Origin: a virus
DNA: 41,968 nt
Reading direction: 5' to 3' (one strand)
Virus record (IMG/VR): IMGVR_UViG_3300048918_000145
Within the stretch, counting starts at the first letter, position 1; each line of letters opens with the position of its first letter. Positions 15,209 through 21,070 of the stretch are shown here, one piece after another. The notes under the pieces are model-generated. The model had not been told where the DNA came from. It saw only the letters and a list, made by a program, of their open reading frames with translations, and searched no databases. Both the position numbers and the translations under genes were made by a program.

Positions 15209-15878
15209 TGCTGGCCTCGGGGATTTCAAGGGCTTTGCGATTGTCGGCGACGGATTGAGCGATTGCCTTTTCGAAGAACTTCCAGCTACCGATCGGCGGC
15301 CCGGTCTTGCGTGTGGCTGCTAGAACCGCTGGTACGACATCGAAACGCCAACTGGCCCCGCCGGTCTTCCAGCGCAGCAGCTCGCCCATCGTCGTGATCA
15401 GGGCCGGGGATTTGCTGGGGTCCAGCCGGTGCGAAGAGGCTTCGGAGACCAGGGCATCAGACCAATTTCTGGCATCACCCTTCGGCCAGTCGTCAGCGTC
15501 ACGCTCGTGCGCTTCAACAACAGCAACAACAGCTAATCCAGTTACCTCTGTAGTTAGGTTATTATTTAATACGCGCGCGAGGGGCGGCGAATTCCGGTGG
15601 AATTCCGGTGGAATTCCGGTGGAATGGTTCATGGATTGTTCCGGTGGAATTCCGGTGGAATTTCCGTCTTTCGCCTTCCTCTTGCGGTCGCGGTCATAGG
15701 CGCGACGACGCTCCGCTGAGCCGTCGATTGGCGCGTCGTTGGCCTCCGACACGGTGATGATCTGATCAATCGTCAACCCGTATTCGGCAAGCAATTTCAT
15801 CGCGGACGTGCTCAGGCTCATGCCGTGAAGTCTCTCATATCCACAATCCGCGCACAGGGAGAACTGGCCCGTTGCCAA
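15090..15878 (-). CDS. Replication initiator, lambda O-like architecture (origin iterons inside the gene)
   Basis: 262-aa ORF (TTG 15878; alternative ATG 15821). The central linker NSTGIPPEQSMNHSTGIPPEFHRN.. is encoded by the iteron array. The adjacent ..LNNNLTTEV.. is encoded by an AT-rich patch. Confidence 0.65.
   Translation of the reverse strand: MATGQFSLCADCGYERLHGMSLSTSAMKLLAEYGLTIDQIITVSEANDAPIDGSAERRRAYDRDRKRKAKDGNSTGIPPEQSMNHSTGIPPEFHRNSPPLARVLNNNLTTEVTGLAVVAVVEAHERDADDWPKGDARNWSDALVSEASSHRLDPSKSPALITTMGELLRWKTGGASWRFDVVPAVLAATRKTGPPIGSWKFFEKAIAQSVADNRKALEIPEASNERRSQPTAKRVAREDNFSRSLEGFDAVAYAKPAVAGGR
15590..15658. repeat. Origin-type iterons: AATTCCGGTGG x3 in tandem (15590-15622), a partial copy (15639-15647) and a fourth full copy (15648-15658). 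AT-rich patch at 15551-15572.
   Basis: Read directly from the sequence. The AT-rich stretch tagttaggttattatttaatac stands out in a GC-rich genome. Confidence 0.7.
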
Positions 15879-15906
15879 CAGTTACTTGCCATGGTGTGGA
15901 CAACAG

Positions 15907-16518
15907 TCACGCCGCACTCCTCGCGCGAAACTCGCGAGGCGGCTTCACCGCACGGATCGGAGGCGTCATGCAGCGCCAACGGTGGGCCGGGCAGTAGCTC
16001 GCCCCGTCGTCTGCCGGAGCGCCGCAGAACAGGGTGTCAGCGCCTTCTCCGATGACAGGAAAGCGGCAGTGTTCCCTAGCGAGATCAACCAGACTGACGG
16101 GCTCACAAAGCAGCAGCTCAGGCGGCGTGACGGGTCTCGGCGGCGGCTTGCGGCGCATCTGCCTGACGACCACTGCGCCAGCGCGCGGCGGGGGCCGCCC
16201 CACACCACGCAGCGTCAGGCCAAGCCTTTTCATCTTGCCGCAGACAGCGCCCCGGCTAATTTTCAGGACAATTGCAATCTGCCGCGCCGACTCCCCTTCA
16301 GCGGCGAGACGCTTCATTTCTTCAACGACGTGATCCGGCCAGGTCGCCAGTATCTTGCCATTGAACTTGATTCCGAACTTAGACGCGGCCGATTGAGCGG
16401 CGGTATCGCTTATGGCCATGCGCTCGCCGCTCTGCTTGGCGGTTAGGCCGCCTTCGGCGTATCCGCGCAGCTCGGCGATCTTTTCGGCGTTCCAGTCTAT
16501 GATCTTACCCTTGGGCAT
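15907..16518 (-). CDS. gcrA: GcrA cell-cycle-regulator homologue with a duplicated N-terminal HTH module
   Basis: 203-aa ORF. W..HVVEEMKRLAAEGESARQIAIVLKISRGAVCGKMKRLGL matches GcrA W....V..LK.LW..G.SASQIA..LG.TRNAV.GK.HRLGL. C-terminal LVDLAREHCRFPVIG....LFCGAPADDGASYCPAH matches the GcrA C-domain. A second HTH-like copy (WNAEKIAELRGYAEGGLTAKQSGERM..) precedes it. Confidence 0.85.
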   Translation of the reverse strand: MPKGKIIDWNAEKIAELRGYAEGGLTAKQSGERMAISDTAAQSAASKFGIKFNGKILATWPDHVVEEMKRLAAEGESARQIAIVLKISRGAVCGKMKRLGLTLRGVGRPPPRAGAVVVRQMRRKPPPRPVTPPELLLCEPVSLVDLAREHCRFPVIGEGADTLFCGAPADDGASYCPAHRWRCMTPPIRAVKPPREFRARSAA

Positions 16519-16714
16519 GAGCGCGCCCCTTTATCTTTGCGAGGCGGTTCTCACGGTTCTTGTCGCGTCGCAGTTTGTCGTAATAGTCGAGCCCAGCCAT
16601 GGTCGGCTTGGAGATGGTCTCGCGTCGCCCTAGCGCTTCATCGATCGCGGGCCAAACCTCCGCGATGCTGGCGGCGAAGGCGGGGTCTGGGAGTTTAAGG
16701 TTGGACACGCACAA
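16505..16714 (-). CDS. Hypothetical protein (69 aa)
   Basis: ORF with a GTG start overlapping the HNH stop region. Overlaps the gcrA-like start by 14 nt. Confidence 0.45.
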   Translation of the reverse strand: MCVSNLKLPDPAFAASIAEVWPAIDEALGRRETISKPTMAGLDYYDKLRRDKNRENRLAKIKGRAHAQG

Positions 16715-17060
16715 CCTCCCCGTTCATCTTCTTGCGGAGTTTGGGATTGCCGAACAGTCGCCTCGGGAACACGCCGAGGTGCTTCGCCTTGATCCTGGCC
16801 GTCTTGGACTTGGTGCCCACGTCTTCCCGGGTCTTGACCTTGTGCGTGGCCTTCAGGAGAGGGGCTAGGTTCCGCTCCCGGTTCTCGCCGCCGTTGATCA
16901 GGGCGATGACGTGATCACAGTCCCAGGCGTCACCGGCTCGGATCTTCTGACCGGTGATGTAGTCCTTCCCGCCGAAGGCTTCGAATACGCGGAGTTTCAC
17001 GCGCGGCGGGATTGGGGTGTCGTCGGTCCTGCCGATCCATTCCTCGACGACGCGGGTCAT
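16695..17060 (-). CDS. HNH endonuclease
   Basis: 121-aa ORF with CDHVIALINGGENRERNLAPLLKATHKVKT (H-N-H core). ATGA overlap with the methyltransferase stop. Confidence 0.8.
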   Translation of the reverse strand: MTRVVEEWIGRTDDTPIPPRVKLRVFEAFGGKDYITGQKIRAGDAWDCDHVIALINGGENRERNLAPLLKATHKVKTREDVGTKSKTARIKAKHLGVFPRRLFGNPKLRKKMNGEVVRVQP

Positions 17061-17815
17061 AGTTCCATTACCCCCTGCACTGGCTTGGGAGGGGGATCAG
17101 CGAAAAGGCGGGGCTCGTGCATCGCCGCCTCTAGACGGCTGCAGGCCACGTCGAACCATTGTTGGGTTAGCTCAATGCCGATGAACTTACGACCCGACCG
17201 CACTGCGGCGACGCCCGTGGTTCCAGAGCCCATAAAGGGGTCAAGGACCGTCTCACCCGCCGACGTTGAATTCTCGATATAGAGCTGGCACAGCGAGACG
17301 GGTTTTTCGGTTGGGTGATCGCTCTCGTCTCGCTGAAAGATCGACTGCAGCGATTTGCTAGACGGGTCGTTTATCTGGAAGGCTTTTCCCTTCCGCATGA
17401 ACAACACGAACTCGCAGGTTTGCTGATACCAGCGGTTCGGCAGAGCGGCGCGCTTGTCCCAAACAAGGAGGCGGTGGAAGATCAGACCAGCCGATTCCGC
17501 AGCGGCGCGGGCGGCCTGCAGGTTGCGATCATTGGAGAATAAGTAGGCTTGCGCGTTCGGCTTCATAGCAGCCGGGATCAGGGGGAGCCAGTCGCCCCAA
17601 TCCAGATCGCATTCGACGATCGATCCCTTGTTGTCGTAGTTGTCTTTGATCCAGCCGGAGAAGCCGCCCTCAAGGGCGCCGAAACCGCCCGAAGTCACCT
17701 TGTAGGGCGCGTCGGTGCAAACGCAGTCCACCGGCGGCAAGACGGGCATGATCTCCCTGCAGTCGCCCAGGATAAGCGTCGCGTCGCCGATGATTTCGGT
17801 ACGGAAGCGGCTCAT
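17057..17815 (-). CDS. beta-class N6-adenine/N4-cytosine DNA methyltransferase (CcrM-like organisation)
   Basis: 252 aa from ATG 17815. Motif IV-like TDAPYK comes first, then AdoMet motif I VLDPFMGSGTTGVAA..GRKFIGIE near the C-terminus. This is the beta-class order, as in CcrM. Confidence 0.85.
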   Translation of the reverse strand: MSRFRTEIIGDATLILGDCREIMPVLPPVDCVCTDAPYKVTSGGFGALEGGFSGWIKDNYDNKGSIVECDLDWGDWLPLIPAAMKPNAQAYLFSNDRNLQAARAAAESAGLIFHRLLVWDKRAALPNRWYQQTCEFVLFMRKGKAFQINDPSSKSLQSIFQRDESDHPTEKPVSLCQLYIENSTSAGETVLDPFMGSGTTGVAAVRSGRKFIGIELTQQWFDVACSRLEAAMHEPRLFADPPPKPVQGVMEL

Positions 17816-18003
17816 CGTCCACGCCTCCCGACTTCGAACCAAAGGAGCGCGTTGGTCGCAGCCTCCAGGTCATTGGCGTAGCGCTTCTGGTCATGCGTAT
17901 CGTTGCGCTTCAGTGCGTCCAGATAACGCGCGCGGGCCTTGTCACGCAGATCGCGGAGCTTGGCGTACTGGCGGCCTGTGATGAGGTTGCGGAGCCACTT
18001 CAT
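17812..18003 (-). CDS. Hypothetical basic helical protein (63 aa)
   Basis: ATG 18003 (MKWLRNLITGRQYAKLRDL..). ATGA overlaps at both ends. Confidence 0.5.
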   Translation of the reverse strand: MKWLRNLITGRQYAKLRDLRDKARARYLDALKRNDTHDQKRYANDLEAATNALLWFEVGRRGR

Positions 18004-18146
18004 GCTCCGCCCCCAAAGCCCAGCAGGAAGCCCACAGCCATCCAAAAGGCCATGAGGCCAAGGACGGCGCTTACCCGAAGCCAGCAGATGCGCCGGCGGC
18101 GGACGGGGACCGGATAGGCAGTGATCCAGGGGTTGGAGAGGATCAT
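18000..18146 (-). CDS. Micro-ORF (48 aa) membrane peptide
   Basis: ATG 18146 in an ATGA overlap with the upstream stop. Hand translation MILSNPWITAYPVPVRRRRICWLRVSAVLGLMAFWMAVGFLLGFGGGA. Its TGA overlaps the next ATG. Confidence 0.4.
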   Translation of the reverse strand: MILSNPWITAYPVPVRRRRICWLRVSAVLGLMAFWMAVGFLLGFGGGA

Positions 18147-18640
18147 GCGGCCACCACCACACGCTGAAGCTTCAGACAATCGCGTGAGGGCGTATAGTTT
18201 GGATCACGGCCGCATTTGTCGCCAACAGACAAGATCGCGGAACACCAACGGCACGCCTCGACATCGACAGCATCGGCGTCGCGATGCGCAACCCGGCTAA
18301 GCGGGACCTTCAGGTAACCGCTGCCGTTCGGCTCAAAAACGGTTTCGCCGTCATCAATCGACACCGCTCCGGCTCGGACAACAACAAGTGCCTTCGTGCC
18401 AGAAAGTTGGATGAATTGACCCGGAAACCACGCGCGCACCGGCGGATCGTCATCACGGACGAACCACGCTAGGGTCTGCACCTTGACCGCATCACCCGGC
18501 CAAAATGCCGCCTGATAATCGCGGCAACGGTGCTTGACGGAGGTGATCCCTAAACCCGCAATCGCCACTTTCAGCCCGTCTAGTGTGGGACACGTACCGC
18601 GCGGTTTGGCGCAGGTGTGGCAAGTACGAAACGCAGTCAA
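18143..18640 (-). CDS. Cys-rich hypothetical protein (165 aa from TTG 18640; the track ORF extends to 18667)
   Basis: AGGAGG lies 5 nt upstream of TTG 18640. CxxC..C and CxxC..C clusters (CHTCAKPRGTC, CRWCSAILSVGDKC) suggest Zn binding. Confidence 0.55.
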   Translation of the reverse strand: MTAFRTCHTCAKPRGTCPTLDGLKVAIAGLGITSVKHRCRDYQAAFWPGDAVKVQTLAWFVRDDDPPVRAWFPGQFIQLSGTKALVVVRAGAVSIDDGETVFEPNGSGYLKVPLSRVAHRDADAVDVEACRWCSAILSVGDKCGRDPNYTPSRDCLKLQRVVVAA

Positions 18641-18700
18641 AGCCCCCTCCTCTTTTCTCGTGCCCAAGTTTCCAAGTCCGCTCCCAAGTGGAAGAGCGGG

Positions 18701-19132
18701 CTACCGATCTTCGTCAGAAGCCACCCGCAGCTGAGAAGGAGGGTCAAAGCGAAAGCCGCGAACCTCCTGACGACTGCGTTCCAGGCGCTCCCGGCGTGCA
18801 GCGATTTCCGCTCTCTCACGCTCAAGCTCCTTTTCCCGAATGGACGGGCCGTCGCCGACGATCGGGCCGAAAAGGGCCTCCACGAAGTCGCGCCCAAAGT
18901 ATGCGGCCAATCCTTCGGCCAGCCGCCAACCGCAGGAGCGGTCGCGCACAAGTCGTTGAAGGTCGCGCTTGTCTGCTTTGAGACTGAACGCCAGTTCGCC
19001 CAGGGTTAACCCCCGGTGCTTGGCGAGGTAATCCTCAACGTATGCGGCAACGCGCTCTCCCGCCTCGGGAACGTTGCTGTTTTTGTACATGCACCCCTGC
19101 TCCATCGCTTTCATGCTGCTTCTCGACAACAC
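18701..19132 (-). CDS. HTH regulator with a C-terminal coiled coil (CII-position gene). Start is ambiguous between 19090 and 19132.
   Basis: The ORF contains ..HRGLTLGELAFSLKADKRDLQRLVRDR.. (HTH-like) and an E/R-rich helix EKELERERAEIAARRERLERSRQE. Candidate starts are GTG 19132 and ATG 19114, 19105 and 19090. Confidence 0.6.
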   Translation of the reverse strand: MLSRSSMKAMEQGCMYKNSNVPEAGERVAAYVEDYLAKHRGLTLGELAFSLKADKRDLQRLVRDRSCGWRLAEGLAAYFGRDFVEALFGPIVGDGPSIREKELERERAEIAARRERLERSRQEVRGFRFDPPSQLRVASDEDR

Positions 19133-19155
19133 GAGTTGGACAGGGAGATCAGGCG

Positions 19156-19272
19156 GTGACGACGAACGCAGACAGAGCCCGGGCGTGGTGGCTTCAAGCT
19201 CTTGCTGCGAAGGACATGGAGACGAGACTGGCCTGCTACCGAGCCTCTAGGCGGTTCGCTCTGGCAGGATGA
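19156..19272 (+). CDS. Possible 38-aa ORF on the opposite strand, followed by a strong hairpin
   Basis: GTG 19156 with GGGAGA 7 nt upstream. VTTNADRARAWWLQALAAKDMETRLACYRASRRFALAG. Stop at 19272 is followed 7 nt later by a 9-bp GC stem. Confidence 0.3.
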   Translation: MTTNADRARAWWLQALAAKDMETRLACYRASRRFALAG

Positions 19273-19278
19273 AGCAAT

Positions 19279-19346
19279 GGGGCGCGGCCACTGGAGAGGA
19301 ACCGCGCCCCCGCTCGCTAGGCTGCGAGCGTGATCCGTCGCGACGG
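19279..19346. terminator. Cluster of three consecutive stem-loops / palindromes
   Basis: GGGGCGCGG (19279-87) pairs with CCGCGCCCC (19302-10). CGCTCGC (19311-17) pairs with GCGAGCG (19324-30). CCGTCGCGACGG (19335-46) is a perfect palindrome. Confidence 0.45.
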
Positions 19347-19581
19347 GGGGAGCCTGCGACGAATTGAATATGATGAAAGACGCCGACTGTCTCATTACGC
19401 GACCACGCGATTGTGACAGTTTGACGCAACGGGCAAAAACCGCTGCTTGCGCAAAGGATTAACCACACCATTCAGGGTTGTAATACGCGCATGGGCCGCA
19501 AACTCATCGAAATGAGCATTGCGAAGCTTGGGTGTGGAGCGCTTAGTTCTGCGTCGGGAATAATTCCCGGAGGGAACGCCA

Positions 19582-19845
19582 GTGCTAATGTCAAAGCAGC
19601 CGGCCGAAGAAGCCGGGCTACCGATCCCATCGCCAGAAATGCTCATCGCGATGTCGGATTTCGGACCAAACGACGACAACCCCGAAGCCATCGCCAAGTG
19701 CCGCAAGCGCATGGCGCGGCGGAGGCGGAATTTGGGCTCGCCGACCGTGGTGCTGATCCGCATGCCAGCCGAGCACGAGGCGTCGCGACAGAAGGCGCTC
19801 ACCTTCCTCAATGGCTTTTGCAACCGCTGCGGGCTTTGCGGGTAG
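19582..19845 (+). CDS. Hypothetical 87-aa protein, plus-strand gene convergent with the cro-like gene
   Basis: GTG 19582 with GGAGGGA 6 nt upstream (ATG alternative at 19588). The acidic N-half, RRRR patch and C-terminal CNRCGLCG look protein-like. The high-GC3 stretch coincides with this ORF's boundaries. The antisense ORF shares the wobble position. Confidence 0.55.
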   Translation: MLMSKQPAEEAGLPIPSPEMLIAMSDFGPNDDNPEAIAKCRKRMARRRRNLGSPTVVLIRMPAEHEASRQKALTFLNGFCNRCGLCG

Positions 19846-19846
19846 G

Positions 19847-20077
19847 TCACGCGGCAGTCTCCTGCCCTTCAACGTCAGCCGCGATGTCCGATAGTGAGGC
19901 GGCCTGAACTTGCCCCCCCGACCATCGTTCGATCTTGAGTGCCAGTTTGAGTGAGGCCTTGCGATTGCCGTTCTCGATATCGCTGATCCAGCTAGCGCTC
20001 GTGGGGCTCAGTCCAAGCTCGACGGCGCACTGCTCTTGCGAGAGTTCACGTTTTTTTCGGAATGAAGCGAGGTCCAT
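19847..20077 (-). CDS. Cro-like XRE-family HTH protein (76 aa), first gene of the minus-strand unit
   Basis: ..RKKRELSQEQCAVELGLSPTSASWISDIENGNRKASLKLALKIERW.. is a canonical HTH_3 pattern. It is divergent from the CI-like gene. No SD precedes the ATG. Confidence 0.8.
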   Translation of the reverse strand: MDLASFRKKRELSQEQCAVELGLSPTSASWISDIENGNRKASLKLALKIERWSGGQVQAASLSDIAADVEGQETAA

Positions 20078-20085
20078 TCCAGATA

Positions 20086-20102
20086 CTTCACATTTTCTGA
20101 GG
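20086..20102. promoter_or_regulatory. Operator-like site O1: CTTCACATTTTCTGAGG
   Basis: One of four related 17-mers. Lies 9 nt upstream of the cro-like ATG and downstream of a TTGACG hexamer (minus strand, 20112-20107). Confidence 0.5.
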
Positions 20103-20147
20103 TTTCCGTCAAGCCAATTCCCTCACGTTTTGCCCAAGGACTTGTGA

Positions 20148-20498
20148 GTGCTGTCCTCGCATAATCTGAGGATGGCTAAGCCCGCAAAAAAGCAGCCGGA
20201 ATTCGATTGGTACCTGCGCGAATGGCTGGCGGCGCTCGATATCCGCTTTCCGCAGGCATGGCTTGTGAAAACGATGGATTACAGTGAGGGGAAGGCGAGC
20301 AACCTGCTTACTGGAAAAAAGCGTTACGACCGGGATCTGATCAACGAGATTTCACGCGCGCTGCAAATCGCTCCACATGAGCTTCTAATGCACCCCCGTG
20401 AGGCAGCGGCGCTCAGGCAGCAGCGAGCTGCGGCTTGGGCCATTACGCAGGAACCGTTAGAGACCCCGGCCCCAATCATTCAGAAGAAAAGTGCGTGA
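20148..20498 (+). CDS. CI-like repressor candidate (XRE-type HTH, no S24 peptidase domain)
   Basis: 116-aa ORF. GTG 20148 with AAGGA 7 nt upstream (ATG alternative at 20172). ..KTMDYSEGKASNLLTGKKRYDRDLINEISRALQIAPHELL is HTH_3-like. Divergent from the cro-like gene. Confidence 0.7.
   Translation: MLSSHNLRMAKPAKKQPEFDWYLREWLAALDIRFPQAWLVKTMDYSEGKASNLLTGKKRYDRDLINEISRALQIAPHELLMHPREAAALRQQRAAAWAITQEPLETPAPIIQKKSA
20155..20171. promoter_or_regulatory. Operator-like site O2: CCTCGCATAATCTGAGG
   Basis: 13/17 identical to O1, same orientation, centres 69 bp apart. Abuts ATG 20172. Confidence 0.45.
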
Positions 20499-20938
20499 TG
20501 CGCCTATTGTCGATAGCGCTCCTCTGCCTAGCGATGACGGGTGCCGCAAAAGCCCAGCCCATAGCAGCGCCAACGCCGGCCTCGGACGTTTTGTGGTGGG
20601 CATTGACAGTAAACACTACCGGCTGGGATTATGTGGACGAGGGTCAAGGAGCCCTAGTGCTTGCGAAGACCGCTAATCCATCGGTCGTCGACGGGAAAAT
20701 GCGGCGCTGGATTCGATACGAGTTCAAGACCCCGAACGCTCCAGGGGGCCCACAGTCCATGGTCACGCTCTTTGAGTTCGACTGTGATGGCGGCAAAGAT
20801 CGCTCCCTCCAGTCCACAAGCTATTATGGCCCCAACATGTCCGGCCAAGCGGTGACGACTTCCAACACCGACCTGTGGCTTTACCCCACGCCTGACACAC
20901 TAGGCGAAAGCGCCTTCAAATACTCCTGCACTAAATAG
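20498..20938 (+). CDS. Exported protein (146 aa) in the rex position; possibly surface-adhesin-protein-E-like fold
   Basis: ATG 20498 overlaps the repressor TGA. Signal peptide MRLLSIALLCLAMTGAAKA-QP. The pattern W....W.YVDEG......DGKMRRW.......S.V.L.EFDC......S...Y recalls the Adhesin_E family (from memory). Confidence 0.6.
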   Translation: MRLLSIALLCLAMTGAAKAQPIAAPTPASDVLWWALTVNTTGWDYVDEGQGALVLAKTANPSVVDGKMRRWIRYEFKTPNAPGGPQSMVTLFEFDCDGGKDRSLQSTSYYGPNMSGQAVTTSNTDLWLYPTPDTLGESAFKYSCTK

Positions 20939-20983
20939 CTGCACGCCAAAAGCGTTCGGCGCCAGCACTAGCGCGCGCGATCA

Positions 20984-21000
20984 CCTCATTTTTTGTGAAG
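20984..21000. promoter_or_regulatory. Operator-like site O3: CCTCATTTTTTGTGAAG (reverse complement CTTCACAAAAAATGAGG)
   Basis: Shares both arms (CTTCACA / TGAGG) with O1, in inverted orientation. Contains a TTGTGA -35-like hexamer (20993-20998), 16 nt before TAGCCT (21015-21020). Confidence 0.45.
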
Positions 21001-21017
21001 TTTTATGTTGACGATAG

Positions 21018-21034
21018 CCTCATAAAATGTGAGG
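21018..21034. promoter_or_regulatory. Operator-like site O4: CCTCATAAAATGTGAGG (reverse complement CCTCACATTTTATGAGG)
   Basis: The reverse complement is 15/17 identical to O1. Lies 37 nt upstream of the pentapeptide-repeat gene ATG. Confidence 0.5.
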
Positions 21035-21070
21035 GTTCCCTACATCGACACACCGATAGGGAACGAGACG

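Noticed and set aside
15590-15658. GAATTC-containing 11-bp repeats as transposon ends or a cloning artefact
   Set aside because: They are direct tandem repeats inside a continuous ORF with an adjacent AT-rich patch. That fits origin iterons. There is no transposase or inverted-repeat partner.
19395-19850. 151-aa minus-strand ORF with a GTGA junction to the cro-like gene
   Set aside because: Ser/Arg-rich with many TTG Leu codons. Its 3' half (19395-19580) has low GC3. The overlapping plus-strand 87-aa ORF matches the high-GC3 segment and has a good SD. Kept as an open question in the findings.
20939-20983. Intrinsic terminator after the exported-protein gene (GC-rich stretch followed by TTTTTT at about 20989-20994)
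   Set aside because: I could not draw a convincing stem (at most 4 bp). The T-run is part of operator-like site O3.
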